From: Desulfobacterales bacterium
GTDB taxonomy: Bacteria > Desulfobacterota > Desulfobacteria > Desulfobacterales > JAHEIW01
Reading direction: 5' to 3'
DNA: 64,000 nucleotides
Assembly: GCA_030066985.1 (NCBI GenBank)
Contig: JASJAN010000002.1
Span: forward strand, 122,531 to 186,530
The notes under the pieces are model-generated. The model searched no databases and was not told where the DNA came from. It worked only from the letters and a program-made list of their open reading frames with translations. The translations under genes and the position numbers were made by a program. Positions 39,981 through 51,225 of this stretch are shown in pieces. Position 1 is the stretch's first letter. Each line of letters opens with the position of its first letter.

Positions 39981-40744
39981 TTAAAAAATAACGATAAATT
40001 TGATCTTTTTCGTCAATCATGACTACAATTTGACGGGCGTAATACCTCTAAAACTGTCTAGTGAAACCAACTGACATTACGACCGGGATGGTCTGATCGC
40101 ATATGAAAAAACACATTAAATGGCTGATTGCTGAAATAGACGGGTGGGTCAACGCCGGTATCATCGCACCCGATCAAGGCCAGGCCATCAGGGATCGCTA
40201 TCCGGCCCCCGAGCAGGGATCGGCCTGGGGCCGGATAATTTTTTTTAGCATCGGCGCTATTGATTGAAATTGGTTTAAAAACACTTGGATTTTGTCTATG
40301 GCGGCGTTAAAACTTGCATAGTCTTTGCCCTTGATTACAGAAGAACAGGAAAATAGGATTATATCATGAAGATGTTGAAGATACTGGCGGCTTTGGTGAC
40401 TGCCACAATGCTGATGCTGGCCTGCGCGACTGACCCGGAAGAGCGAAAAAAGCAATCACAGAAGGCCTTTCCCAATCAAGAATGGCGACGCCCACCGGCG
40501 CATTGGTCCCCACCCTGACATTATTTTTTGTCGATCCAATCAAAAAACTAAAACCCATATCCAGGTATGAAATTGGACGTAATAAATGCAACTAACTAGT
40601 CAATACCTGTAAACATAGTTGACACTTTTTGAAACCTAACCGCGACAGCTGCGAGAGCCATATCTTTCCATCAATTAAAAATATATTATATATATAAATA
40701 TGTTAAGTCATCCTATGTGTATTTCTTGCCCCAATTGAAACCCC

Positions 40745-40760
40745 TGGCACCACATTTGCT
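40745..40760 (+). promoter_or_regulatory. sigma-54 (-24/-12) promoter TGGCAC-N5-TTGCT
   Basis: GG and GC elements with exact 10-nt spacing. An AT-rich tract suitable for IHF lies upstream (40680-40710). About 180 nt upstream of the small secreted protein gene. Confidence 0.6.
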
Positions 40761-40941
40761 CCTCTGAAATGTGAAGGCTTAGAAAGTATCCATTTCCCGT
40801 AGAGTTGAGACACAAGATTTCCGCAGATTCCGTAAACATTTCTGAATATGAACTCACCCGAGTCCTTTTGATTGATTCTGCTTTTTGAAACCCGAAGACA
40901 TGGAGCCTTTTAGATAAAAAATGAAAGCAAAGGAGGGCAAC

Positions 40942-41286
40942 ATGTACACTAAATTATTGATCATTGGCTTGATGATCGCTTTGGGTGCTTTGTTAAGTTC
41001 GCTGCACTCACCTGAGCTTTCCAATGAAATGGTTGACCTGGCCACATTATATGAATACAGCATCGTCAAAAAGATAGAGAAGTGCGAATCACAGGCGGAT
41101 TTGCTGCACACTTCCGGGTCCGCGACACTGCGGCATCATGCAACGCTCCAGGATAAAAAGGCACAATTCTTTGATACCCAAAGGGATTTGCTGGTTCAGG
41201 CGATGATTCAAAGACGTCTGGAACCCAAGCAGTATAAAATAGATCACTTTTTGGAAGTTCAGTTTTACCAATCCACGGCAAACTAA
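40942..41286 (+). CDS. small secreted protein (signal peptide), paralog of 51226-51573
   Basis: AAGGAGG RBS before ATG 40942. The C-terminal motif EPKQYKIDHFLEVQF is shared with DPKPYKVHHFLNARF of the paralog. Confidence 0.5.
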   Translation: MYTKLLIIGLMIALGALLSSLHSPELSNEMVDLATLYEYSIVKKIEKCESQADLLHTSGSATLRHHATLQDKKAQFFDTQRDLLVQAMIQRRLEPKQYKIDHFLEVQFYQSTAN

Positions 41287-41604
41287 TAGCCCTTAGATCG
41301 GATATCTCCTGCTGGCGCGCATCTCGCTTACCGGTGGGTGGCACAAGCACGCATGCTCTGCAGCCCCCACCGGTTTAGGCGCGCAGCGCGATCTCTGCTG
41401 AAATCCAATGCCCCGCATTTGACACCTATTCCCAGGTCCCGCCGGACAGGCATTTATCTATGTTCAATTTCTCGAACTGCTTGACTTTATTCTCAATCTT
41501 GTTAACTTAATTTTTGGTGTCCAATAAAAATCTACAACTTTCCGGGTAAGTAGCGTAACTGCCTTGACCTCAAAGCGAGGCCGGTGTTTGTGGTAAATTA
41601 AACT

Positions 41605-42468
41605 ATGATCGTCTCTTTTCATCCTTTATTTGAAGCAGACCAAAACATTATCTGTGCCGGGCGCGAGCCCAATACAGATGATCTGGCCGCCATCAAAGCC
41701 GCCAAGGCGATTGTATTGCCCCAAGGCTGCCGTCAATCTCTGTACGAGATGGCCATCGACAATTGCCGTCATGTTTTTCCCAATTATGATGCGCGTTTTG
41801 CTTATCCCGGAAAAATCGGTCAGATCCAGCTGTTCCAAAAAAGCGGCGCTGCTCACCCGCGTACCGAAACCTTTGCTGCCCTGACGGATTTCAGGCGGCA
41901 GTATGGTGAGAACGCCGAAGATCTTGCTTTTGAAATGCCATGGGTTTTCAAATTTGACTGGGGAGGTGAAGGCGAAACTGTTTTTCTGATAAATTCCTCG
42001 GAAAATCTTGCAGAAATATTGCAAAAAGCCATCGATTTTGAGCGCTCGGGTCAAAAAGGCTTTTTAATACAGGAATACGTCCCCATACAGGGCAGGACCC
42101 TGCGGGTCGCCATCATCGGCCAGTCCCTGATTTCATACTGGCGGATTCAGGAAGATACCCAAACGTTTAGGTCAAATGTATCGCAGGGGGCACGCATCGA
42201 TGCCGCTTTTGCTCCCGAGCAACAAAAGGTGGCAAAGGGTTTCGTAACATCTTTTTGTGGCAAAACCGGCATCAATCTGGCCGGCTTTGATGTCATCTTT
42301 GCCTCGACTCATAAAGACAGCAAGCCCCTGATGCTTGAAATCAATTATTTTTTCGGCCGCCGCGGCCTGGGCGGCTCCGACGCCTATTATGAAATTTTAA
42401 ATCAGGAAATTAAAAATTGGTTAGGAAATATATTATGCAAGCAGGAGCAGTTAAACACCAAAAGGTAA
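41605..42468 (+). CDS. ATP-grasp fold protein (RimK-like ligase)
   Basis: RimK-like block (TLRVAIIGQSLISYWRIQEDTQTFRSNVSQGARIDAAF ... NLAGFDVIF ... LMLEINYFFG). Confidence 0.55.
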   Translation: MIVSFHPLFEADQNIICAGREPNTDDLAAIKAAKAIVLPQGCRQSLYEMAIDNCRHVFPNYDARFAYPGKIGQIQLFQKSGAAHPRTETFAALTDFRRQYGENAEDLAFEMPWVFKFDWGGEGETVFLINSSENLAEILQKAIDFERSGQKGFLIQEYVPIQGRTLRVAIIGQSLISYWRIQEDTQTFRSNVSQGARIDAAFAPEQQKVAKGFVTSFCGKTGINLAGFDVIFASTHKDSKPLMLEINYFFGRRGLGGSDAYYEILNQEIKNWLGNILCKQEQLNTKR

Positions 42469-42595
42469 TTTCATCAGGTATTTGGTGTTTCGTTTTTGGA
42501 ATTTGGTATTTGATTTTACATATAAACATATCTATTCGTTATTGAACCGCTGAACACAAAACACTAAATACTAAACACGCTCATTTAAAAATAAC

Positions 42596-42916
42596 ATGAA
42601 GAAAAAAAAATCCCCCGAACCCTTTGCCTATGATCTGGAAAAATCGGATCTGAAGCGCGAACGCCACAAAGCCCGGGAATTGCGCGGATCCCAATGGTGG
42701 AAGCGCCAGTTGGCCAAAGGGGTGTGTTATTACTGCGGCAGCAAAACACCGCCCAAGGAGCTGACCATGGATCATATCGTTCCGATTGCACGCGGCGGCA
42801 AAAGCACCCGCGGCAATGTAGTGCCCTGCTGCAAAACCTGCAACACCGCTAAAAAACAACTCCTGCCCATGGAGTGGGAGGCATACCTGCAGAAACTTAC
42901 CTCAACATCATCCTAA
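42596..42916 (+). CDS. HNH endonuclease
   Basis: CYYCG ... DHIVPIARGG ... N ... CCKTCN HNH zinc-finger pattern. Confidence 0.75.
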   Translation: MKKKKSPEPFAYDLEKSDLKRERHKARELRGSQWWKRQLAKGVCYYCGSKTPPKELTMDHIVPIARGGKSTRGNVVPCCKTCNTAKKQLLPMEWEAYLQKLTSTSS

Positions 42917-43187
42917 ATTCATTATTATTTATTTTTCCCAGGGTCGAAAAATTTGCGAAGATTCCATTTATATGCGATAATTTTAACAGTTGCCTAAACC
43001 AAGTATCTGTTGCCCGTTGGCCCGTTAGCCGGTTAACCGTTAACCCTAACAAACAAAAACCATCTTACCCAACCAACGGGCAATCGGATCAGCCGGCTAA
43101 CGGGTTACCCATACACCCTGCTAGAATCAGCAACACAAAATTTCTGAATACCCGAAGCACCCAAGCCCATACATCAGGAAATTCATC

Positions 43188-46100
43188 ATGCAAATCAGTT
43201 GTTCGAATTGCAAAAAAGTTTACACGGTAAATTCAAGCAAGATACCGCCCAATGTCAACACCACGCGCTGCAAAGCCTGCGGGGGTTCGGTTCCCCTTCA
43301 GCCCCAAAAATCCCAGACTCAGCCTCAAAGCGCTTCCAAAACAGCAATGCCATCAGACATTGTGCAGATCAGCTGCCAATATTGCAGCCAGCAGTTCAAG
43401 ATCAAATCCAGTGCCATTCCCCAGGGCGTCACCAGCACCCGCTGCAAAGCCTGCGGCCATGCGATTTCCTTAAAGCCTGCAACCGACGCGGCGGCCCCCA
43501 TATCCAAATCGGCAAAACCCGCTGCGTCCGAATCAGGGATCCTTGAGATCGCCTGTCTGTATTGCGGTAAAAAATACAGCATCAATTCCGCCAAGATTCC
43601 ACCGGGTGTCAAAAGCACCAAATGCAGGGACTGCGGCCGCCCCATGTCTCTGCAAGCAACTCAAACAGGCCCATCGGCACTTCAAAAAGACGCCCCGCCG
43701 ACTCAGCCGCAACCTCATGAAGCAGCGCAAGGTGCGTTTGAGGGGGCAGAGGCCCCGCTGATCGCTGATGCCGGGCAGCGTGCAAATCCAATCTGGCTAA
43801 GCCGGCGGGCGTTTTTAGCGGCAGCCGTCCTCATTATAGTGCTGGTGGCCGGTTATTTTGCGGCCGCCAACTGGTATGGTTTAGACAAAAGCCGTCTGGG
43901 ATTGGACAAAATCTTCGCAAAAAAACCGGCCGTTGAAAAAGCTCAACCACCTGCTCAAACGGCACCTGTCGGAAACCTGGCAAAAGCCAAACCGATTGGC
44001 GCCCTTAATCTCAATGTCCCTCTGCTGCTGGCGGCTGTGGATCAGAACATGGCGGCAGATAAAAAAGACATCCGCTATAAGATGACCACTACTGTTATCA
44101 AATCGTTTGGGTTAAAAAACATTGAGCTTTTCCTTTATCCGCATCCGCAATACACTTTATTACCGGTTATTCTAGCCAGCGGTGAAGAGGGCAATAGTCT
44201 TGAGAAACTGGTAAGTGCCCAGGCGAATTTTGTACAGGTGCTGGAGCCGCTGCCGGATGGATCTTACGCTTTCAAAAAAGACGCCATACCGGCCGACAAA
44301 CAACAAAGCTTCCCCATTGATCAATACCGCGTTCAATTTGTCGATGACATCGCCATTATAGCTCCGCAAAGTTTCTCCAGACTGCTGCGCAAAGGACCAG
44401 ACTCCCTGCGCAAAACCCTGGTGGCGCAAATGATCGCCGCCCTTGCCCAGCCGCAGGACCTGGCTGTATTGGCGGTTCGCATCCCTGAAAATTTCAGCAC
44501 AGACTGGCAGAAAAAAATCCAGGGCAACCCAGCCGTGCAGCAGAACCCACAGGCCGCCATGATGATCGCCATGGGAGGCGGGGTTCTGACCCAATTATCC
44601 GAACCAATGAAAAATGTGGAATCGCTGGCGGTGGGTTTTCGCCTGGATGAAATCAATGACCGCGTGCTAAGCTATGCCCAGCAATTTCGCGAGGGTTTCG
44701 ATGGCAACCGTATATATCAGCAATTAAAAGCCGGTGATCCAGACGATCTTGATGTTGACGGTATGGTCTTAAAGCTGGTCGAGCTTTTTAACGATCCGCG
44801 TTACCGACACACCCTCAAGCACAAAAACAATCGTCTGATGATAACACTCAACTGGGAGCAGACAGATGATGAAGCCTTCTTTGCGGCCTTGTCAGAGGCC
44901 ACCATCGGGCAGCTATTTGCCCAGGGTATGGCGTTAGAGCCCACAGAAGGCCCCGTTGCCGCTCAATACATCGATACGCCGCGCATTTTACCGACCGTCA
45001 ATATCGACACTTTGAAAAAAACCGTGCCCGCAGCGGTTGAGCAAAACCTTTTTCCCGGCAATTACTGGAGTTTTGGTGATGAGCCCCGCATGACCCTGGA
45101 ATTTGACACGCTTGCCATTCCAAATGCATCCCTGGCCCAGTTAAAATATGAGGTCATCGAAGTCGCATCAACCGATGGTGCCAATATCATGCGGGTGGAG
45201 GAAAACGCCTTTCAGCCCATCATTAACCCGGGTAGTGCTTCGCCCGGCTTTATCGAGATTAACGTTAAAAAGAAAACCCCGGCCGAAAAGCTGGCAACCG
45301 CCAAAATCCAGTTTAATCTCACCTTACCATCGCGTCTGAAAATATTTGAATTTGTCGCCACTAATGACGCCCCCGGCACGATCCGCAAATCTGAAGGGGT
45401 ATCAGTGAAGCTGGCCCGCCTGGAGAAGGATGTGACCAAAATCAGCTTTCGCGGTGGTGCTTCAGCGCGGCTGTATGCGTTTGACAAATCCGGGCGTTCG
45501 CTGGCCCCCAAAGAATCCATGAGCGGGACCTCGTCCGCCACCGCTCGTTTTCAGGGTGAAATCTACCGGCTGCAAGCGGTCGTGGTGGAAGAAAACTTTG
45601 AGCATGCCTTTGAGGTAGCGGCTGACCTCAACCAGGGCAAAGAGCTGGCCCTGTCTCACAAGCCGGAAGAACCTGCAAGACGGCGCTATGACCATCGCCC
45701 CATGCAAACCTTTGTGAATTACACCGAAAGTGAGCTCAATGGCCTGAATGTGGCGTGGCGGGAAGCCGGTGGCATGATGTGGAACGACAACCTGCGGGTC
45801 ACGCTTCCCCGGGGGCCCTATAGCGGCGATATTGCCTGGGAAGTCCACTTTTTTGGTGAGCGCGAGCCGGTCTATTTAGCGGGCACTTCATTTCACAGCC
45901 CGGGCGGTTTCAGTTACGGGCTTACAGACGGACAGCTTAAAAGCGCCCATGCCGCCTTCGGAAAAGTGCGGATGGAGCTGGCAGCGACCATTGAGCGCGT
46001 TACTTTTGAAAAACAAGCTGACCGCAAAACCAGCGTTAAACGGCTGCCTTCCGGTCAAACCATCAAGGTAACTTTCAATCAGAATGAGATCACATTGAAT

Positions 46101-46826
46101 GCCGGCAAAAATGATGTCATCCAGTCAATGGCGTTTGATGCCGAGGGCCTGCAATTACGTAAGGATGGCTATACGGGGATCAAAGGCAATCAGAAAAAGA
46201 TGTATTTCTGGGGATTGCCCACCCGTTTTGTCATCGATGTGGCCACCGAAAAAATCAATAAGACCATTGAATTTGATGTTCGCCAGCGAACGGTAGATGA
46301 AACCCGCTACCAGAAATATAAACAGGACATTGCCAACCACCGTGAGGTGGTCAGAACACTCAAGCAAATCGCCAGTGCCCGGCGCAAGGATCGCTCAAAA
46401 TACGGCGACGATCTTGCGGGGCTGTTTTACCTGTACGGCCGTAAAACCAAAAAACCCATGGCGCTTGTGGATCAGAAGGTGGCCCATTCCGATCCAGCCG
46501 GGCAGAAACGTTTCGGTTACACATCAAAGCCATATAAAGGCTATTATTTCACGGTGCTGTCCGGGATTGAATCCGGCGGCACACGCAATGACTACAGGCG
46601 ATTGCCCAAACAGCGCACCTATTCCTGGAAAAAAGGATCATTTAAAACCGCGCTGTTTTTGCAGCCGCCCGATCTGGTCGCCATCCCCGTCGACAAATCG
46701 CAGCCGACGTTTTTTATGCAGTATGATCAAATTTTTATGAAACAACTCAATGGCGACAAGCTGACCTATCTGCCGGAAGACTATTACAGCACCGGCTGGG
46801 TGGAGGCTAAGTTTGTCGGCGGATGA
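43188..46826 (+). CDS. 1212-aa membrane protein: three N-terminal MJ0042-type zinc-ribbon repeats, one TM helix, and an approximately 950-aa extracytoplasmic domain of unknown function
   Basis: Three CxxC-N14-15-CxxC units (ISCSNCKK ... RCKACGG; ISCQYCSQ ... RCKACGH; IACLYCGK ... KCRDCGR), then LSRRAFLAAAVLIIVLVAGYF. No recognisable motifs in the remainder. Confidence 0.7.
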   Translation: MQISCSNCKKVYTVNSSKIPPNVNTTRCKACGGSVPLQPQKSQTQPQSASKTAMPSDIVQISCQYCSQQFKIKSSAIPQGVTSTRCKACGHAISLKPATDAAAPISKSAKPAASESGILEIACLYCGKKYSINSAKIPPGVKSTKCRDCGRPMSLQATQTGPSALQKDAPPTQPQPHEAAQGAFEGAEAPLIADAGQRANPIWLSRRAFLAAAVLIIVLVAGYFAAANWYGLDKSRLGLDKIFAKKPAVEKAQPPAQTAPVGNLAKAKPIGALNLNVPLLLAAVDQNMAADKKDIRYKMTTTVIKSFGLKNIELFLYPHPQYTLLPVILASGEEGNSLEKLVSAQANFVQVLEPLPDGSYAFKKDAIPADKQQSFPIDQYRVQFVDDIAIIAPQSFSRLLRKGPDSLRKTLVAQMIAALAQPQDLAVLAVRIPENFSTDWQKKIQGNPAVQQNPQAAMMIAMGGGVLTQLSEPMKNVESLAVGFRLDEINDRVLSYAQQFREGFDGNRIYQQLKAGDPDDLDVDGMVLKLVELFNDPRYRHTLKHKNNRLMITLNWEQTDDEAFFAALSEATIGQLFAQGMALEPTEGPVAAQYIDTPRILPTVNIDTLKKTVPAAVEQNLFPGNYWSFGDEPRMTLEFDTLAIPNASLAQLKYEVIEVASTDGANIMRVEENAFQPIINPGSASPGFIEINVKKKTPAEKLATAKIQFNLTLPSRLKIFEFVATNDAPGTIRKSEGVSVKLARLEKDVTKISFRGGASARLYAFDKSGRSLAPKESMSGTSSATARFQGEIYRLQAVVVEENFEHAFEVAADLNQGKELALSHKPEEPARRRYDHRPMQTFVNYTESELNGLNVAWREAGGMMWNDNLRVTLPRGPYSGDIAWEVHFFGEREPVYLAGTSFHSPGGFSYGLTDGQLKSAHAAFGKVRMELAATIERVTFEKQADRKTSVKRLPSGQTIKVTFNQNEITLNAGKNDVIQSMAFDAEGLQLRKDGYTGIKGNQKKMYFWGLPTRFVIDVATEKINKTIEFDVRQRTVDETRYQKYKQDIANHREVVRTLKQIASARRKDRSKYGDDLAGLFYLYGRKTKKPMALVDQKVAHSDPAGQKRFGYTSKPYKGYYFTVLSGIESGGTRNDYRRLPKQRTYSWKKGSFKTALFLQPPDLVAIPVDKSQPTFFMQYDQIFMKQLNGDKLTYLPEDYYSTGWVEAKFVGG

Positions 46827-47190
46827 TGAACCATTTTAAAGATTTTACCCCGCATTGGCTTTTTTAGTTCAACATAACAGTCCAAAAGGCCAACAACTTT
46901 GATTTAGGCGGGCAGCTTCCCCCATGTTGCGGCGCCAGCCTGCCATTTTTTTGCATTTTCCCACCATCATCATTTTATTATTTAAAAATATAAAGAATTA
47001 CCCCGACTGTCCGATATTAACAGTAGGATTTAATATAATTTTATCAAAACGTTGTCTTCAATTGTGCAGCCCATTCACCAAAAAAAATAATATATTGCTT
47101 TTACACAGATTTTACAGATGGAAGCCGTCTTTTATGCCCGGGGGCCATCCATATATTTAGACATTTCGGCAGCAAGATCGGACAAATTTT

Positions 47191-49341
47191 ATGATTCTCA
47201 AGTGGATGCAAAAATTAGGTGCGGTAAAAACCGCTCTGGCCATCACTGTTGTCTCAATCCTGGGGTCAGTGGCTCTTGAATTGGGGATGTCGCTATTTTC
47301 CGGTCAGATCCACACAAGGGCCGTAATCAAATGCATCCTTTTTCCCGGCATTCTGACACCCTTCATTGCCTATGCGGTCGTGCGGGTGGTGCTGAAGATG
47401 GCCGATTCGGAAAAGGCGCTGTGCGAAAGCAAGGAAAAATACCATTCCATTCTGGATGATATCGAAGACGGATATTACGAAGTTGACCTGAAAGGAAATT
47501 TCACCTTTTTCAATAACTCGTTGAGCCGTTTGTTGGGATATTCCCCTTCGGCCATGGCGGGCATGAATTACTGCGAATGCATGAGCTCTGAAAATGCTCA
47601 GAAAGTATACCAAACCTTTAATCAGATCTATGAGACCGGCGAGCCCGCCAAAGGATTTGACTGGGAAATTTTTAAAGTCGATGGTTCCAGAGGCCACCTG
47701 GATACCGCTGTAACGCTGATGAAAGACGCCGAGGGAAACCCCATTGGATTTCGCGGAATCGTGCGCGACATGACCCAGCGAAAAAAGTCTGAAAATGCCT
47801 TACGCGAAAGTGAGGCCAAATATCGTCAGCTGCTCAATCATGCCCCCAGCGGCATTTACGAAATCGATCTGGCCAGTGGAAAATTTACCAGCGTCAATGA
47901 TGTCATGTGTGAGTATACCGGTTATTCACGGCATGAGCTGTTGTCGATGAGGGCACTGGACATTCTGACAGAAGAAAGTCAGAAAAAATCCATTCAGCGA
48001 TTAGAAAAAATTATGAATGGTGAAAAAGTGCCGACATCGGTTGATTATAAAATCAAAACCAAAAACGGTCGTGAAATTTGCGCACTGCTGAACACGAAAT
48101 TTTTGCATGACCCCGAAGGCAGGACTACCGGGGTGCTGGTCGTCGCACATGATATCACTGAGCAAAAACAGGCCGAAGAAGAAAAGAAAAATCTGGAACA
48201 CCAACTGCAACAGGCGCAGAAAATGGAAGCCATCGGAACACTGGCCGGTGGGATTGCGCACGATTTTAACAACATTCTTTCTGTAATCATCGGATATACC
48301 GAGCTGATCTTGATGAACGCCCATGTGGATTCAGAGGTCCGCCAAAATTTAAAAGAAATTTTCAACGCCAGCAAACATGCGCGCGATATGGTCAAGCAAA
48401 TTCTGGCGTTCAGTCGCCAGAACAAGCAGGAGCGCAAACCCATTCAAGTAGCCCATATCGTCAAAGAAGCCCTGAAAATGCTGCGAGCTTCTTTGCCATC
48501 CACCATATCGATTCAGCAAAAAATTGAAAAAAATACCGGGATCATTGAAGCAGACCCCTCCCAGATCCATCAGGTGCTGATGAACCTGTGCACCAATGCC
48601 GCGCATGCCATCGATGAAAAAGACGGTGTGCTTAACGTCAGTCTTGCCAATGTGGATCTGGATCAGGCAGCAGCTGCGAATATTACGGATATCCGACCGG
48701 GGTCTTATCTGAAGCTTAGTGTCAGCGATACCGGGGATGGCATTCCGCCCGAGGCGTTTCCTCAAATTTTCAATCCTTATTTTACAACCAAGGAAAAGGG
48801 GGAAGGGACCGGCCTGGGATTAGCAGTGGTTCAGGGTATCATCAAATCCTTAAACGGCACCATAACTGTTGAAAGCGAGGTCGGCAAAGGCTCAACCTTT
48901 GAGGTGTATCTGCCGATCATCAAACGCGAATTGGCAAAGGAAGAAGAAATGCCCAAGCCGCTGCCGATGGGTTATGAGCGCATTCTGCTGATAGACGATG
49001 AGCAGCCTCTGGTGGAGATTGGTAAACAAATGCTGGAACGCCTGGGCTATAAGGTCGATACCCGCACGAGCAGCATCGAAGCCCTGAATCTTTTTAAAGC
49101 GGACCCACATCGATTTGATCTGGTCATCACCGACATCGTGATGCCCAATATGACCGGTGACAAGCTGGCCGATGAAATGATTGGCATCCGACCCGATATT
49201 CCCATCGTGCTGTGCACCGGTTACAGTGAAAAGTTTACCCGCCGGGATGCCTCCGATATGGGCATCGAAGCCTTTCTCATGAAACCGCTGGTGATGCAGG
49301 ACCTGGCAAATACCGTCCGGCAAGCGTTATCCGTTAACTAA
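47191..49341 (+). CDS. hybrid sensor histidine kinase (TM, PAS x2, HisKA, HATPase, REC)
   Basis: H-box (AGGIAHDFNNIL), G-boxes (GTGLGLAVV), C-terminal receiver (ILLIDDEQ ... DLVITDIVMPNMTGD). Confidence 0.85.
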   Translation: MILKWMQKLGAVKTALAITVVSILGSVALELGMSLFSGQIHTRAVIKCILFPGILTPFIAYAVVRVVLKMADSEKALCESKEKYHSILDDIEDGYYEVDLKGNFTFFNNSLSRLLGYSPSAMAGMNYCECMSSENAQKVYQTFNQIYETGEPAKGFDWEIFKVDGSRGHLDTAVTLMKDAEGNPIGFRGIVRDMTQRKKSENALRESEAKYRQLLNHAPSGIYEIDLASGKFTSVNDVMCEYTGYSRHELLSMRALDILTEESQKKSIQRLEKIMNGEKVPTSVDYKIKTKNGREICALLNTKFLHDPEGRTTGVLVVAHDITEQKQAEEEKKNLEHQLQQAQKMEAIGTLAGGIAHDFNNILSVIIGYTELILMNAHVDSEVRQNLKEIFNASKHARDMVKQILAFSRQNKQERKPIQVAHIVKEALKMLRASLPSTISIQQKIEKNTGIIEADPSQIHQVLMNLCTNAAHAIDEKDGVLNVSLANVDLDQAAAANITDIRPGSYLKLSVSDTGDGIPPEAFPQIFNPYFTTKEKGEGTGLGLAVVQGIIKSLNGTITVESEVGKGSTFEVYLPIIKRELAKEEEMPKPLPMGYERILLIDDEQPLVEIGKQMLERLGYKVDTRTSSIEALNLFKADPHRFDLVITDIVMPNMTGDKLADEMIGIRPDIPIVLCTGYSEKFTRRDASDMGIEAFLMKPLVMQDLANTVRQALSVN

Positions 49342-49350
49342 CTCCCTAGC

Positions 49351-49375
49351 GGTAAAAACCGCCTTATTTTAAAGC
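49351..49375. terminator. bidirectional terminator-like hairpin between convergent genes
   Basis: GCGGT-AAAA-ACCGC followed by CTTATTTT. Confidence 0.4.
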
Positions 49376-50964
49376 TTAATATCGTAACGGGTGATCTTGT
49401 TAAGCAGGCCCTGGCGGGTCAACCCCAAATCCCGCGCAGCCTGGGACTTATTGCCGCCTGTTTTACGAAGCGCATCCACAACCATCTGACGCTCCATCTG
49501 CACGGTGGCTTCCTTTAGAGTCGCGGTTTTGGTAGCGGGGGCGCTGCCGGCGGCGGTCGAAGCCTTGATTCGTTCTGAGAGAAATTCTTCGGTGATTTCG
49601 GTGTCACCCCCGGCCAGGGTCAAGGCCCGCTCAATTTCATTTTCCAGCTCACGCACATTTCCCGGCCAATCAAAGTGCATCAATGTCTCCAGAGCACCGG
49701 GTGATAGGCGCGCTGGCGGCCGGTCCAGCCGCGCAGAGTGTTGCTCCAAAAAATAGGCCACCAGCAGCGGAATATCTTCCTTGCGCTCTCTGAGCGGTGG
49801 TATAACGATGGGAAACACCTGAACCCGGTAAAGAAGATCTTCTCTGAACTTGCCTTCCTTAACCTGTTCAAACAAATCACGATTGGTAGACGAAATCAGC
49901 CGGAAATCCACACGCTGATAGTTACTACCGCCCACCGGCCGGATTTGATTTTCTTGCAGTACTCTCAGCAGCTTTATTTGCATTGAATAGGGCATGTCGG
50001 ATATTTCATCCAGAAAGACAGTGCCCCCGTTTGCCCGTTCAAACAGGCCCTTTTTATCGGCAATCGCGCCGGTAAAGGCGCCTTTGACATGGCCAAAGAT
50101 TTCACTTTCCAGAAGGTTTTCAGACAGGGCCCCGCAGTTTTCGGCAACAAAGGGCTTATTCTTCAAAGCTCCGTTATAGTGAATCACTTTGGCCAGCAGC
50201 TCTTTTCCGGTTCCGGTCTCACCTTGAATGAGAACAGCGGTGTCGGTTTCGATGACTTTATCCAGCAGGGTAAAAACACGCTGCATGGCCGTACTGGATC
50301 CAATGATTCCCTGGACATTGAACCGTGCCTGGCATTCGGTTTTGAGTCGAAAATTTTCCTTTTCTAGGGAACTGGCATAGCGCTGCACCTCACCGTAAAG
50401 TCTGGCGTTTTCAATGGACACCGCAATGACCACCGACAATACTTCCAGCAGACGCAAATCTTTTTGGTTGAATTCAGCCCCGTGTTTGTTGATGGCATAC
50501 AGCACACCCATTACCCGTTTCCGGGTTTTCAATGGTACGCATATCATGGAACGGGTATCCAGATTTTGCTGAAGGTCGAGTTTTTTGGTAAAGCGGCTGT
50601 CTTTGGAAACATCGGGAATTAAAACCGACTGTTGTTCTCTTAAAACCCAACCCGCTACACCATAATCGTCAGGAAAGCGCATCTCGGCCATTTTCTGCGG
50701 ATCGCCGTCTGTGAGCTCTTCGACGGTTCGAATAAAATACAATTCTTTGCGCACATGATCATGAAGGGCAATCGAAGCGCCATCTATTTTGAAAACATCT
50801 TTAACCTTCGCCAGGACATTTCGAAGCATTTCATCCAGGTCATGGATGGAGTGAATGGCGGTTGAAACCTCATACAGCAGATCAAGATCGGCCGCCTCCA
50901 ATGAAACGCCAGGATTGATTTCAACCATCGCTTTGCTCCCCCAAAATATGATGTTGAAATGCAA
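49369..50964 (-). CDS. sigma-54-dependent transcriptional activator (GAF, AAA+ sigma-54 interaction, Fis-type HTH)
   Basis: [33 protein letters not shown] (GAFTGA motif), C-terminal HTH ([18 protein letters not shown]). The N-terminal GAF replaces a receiver domain. Confidence 0.85.
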   Translation of the reverse strand: MHFNIIFWGSKAMVEINPGVSLEAADLDLLYEVSTAIHSIHDLDEMLRNVLAKVKDVFKIDGASIALHDHVRKELYFIRTVEELTDGDPQKMAEMRFPDDYGVAGWVLREQQSVLIPDVSKDSRFTKKLDLQQNLDTRSMICVPLKTRKRVMGVLYAINKHGAEFNQKDLRLLEVLSVVIAVSIENARLYGEVQRYASSLEKENFRLKTECQARFNVQGIIGSSTAMQRVFTLLDKVIETDTAVLIQGETGTGKELLAKVIHYNGALKNKPFVAENCGALSENLLESEIFGHVKGAFTGAIADKKGLFERANGGTVFLDEISDMPYSMQIKLLRVLQENQIRPVGGSNYQRVDFRLISSTNRDLFEQVKEGKFREDLLYRVQVFPIVIPPLRERKEDIPLLVAYFLEQHSARLDRPPARLSPGALETLMHFDWPGNVRELENEIERALTLAGGDTEITEEFLSERIKASTAAGSAPATKTATLKEATVQMERQMVVDALRKTGGNKSQAARDLGLTRQGLLNKITRYDIKL

Positions 50965-51150
50965 AAAAAATTGCTCAAAATTGTAAATGTACTTTACACT
51001 TAAACGCTAACAATATCAACTTGCTTTACATATACCGCCGCGTCGTTTTTTTTGCCATGAGACCACAAAGAAGCATTATTATATATATTTATATTGATGT
51101 TAGATAGTTATAAAGACAATAGAAACTGCTAGGGTATTAATTCAAGGAAG

Positions 51151-51166
51151 TGGCATTGAATCTGCA
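51151..51166 (+). promoter_or_regulatory. sigma-54 (-24/-12) promoter TGGCAT-N5-CTGCA
   Basis: GG/GC with 10-nt spacing, about 60 nt upstream of ATG 51226. An AT-rich tract lies upstream (51075-51100). Confidence 0.55.
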
Positions 51167-51225
51167 CTAAGGTCTAAACAAAGACTCGCACCACAAAACC
51201 CACAAACTATGAACGAGGAGGCTCT

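Noticed and set aside
40364-40591. Minus-strand 75-aa ORF
   Set aside because: Overlaps a more plausible small plus-strand lipoprotein-like ORF (40366-40518). No RBS.
42874-43230. 118-aa ORF upstream of and overlapping the zinc-ribbon gene start
   Set aside because: Lies in a repeat-rich leader. Low-complexity translation. Overlaps the strong ATG/RBS context of the 43188 gene.
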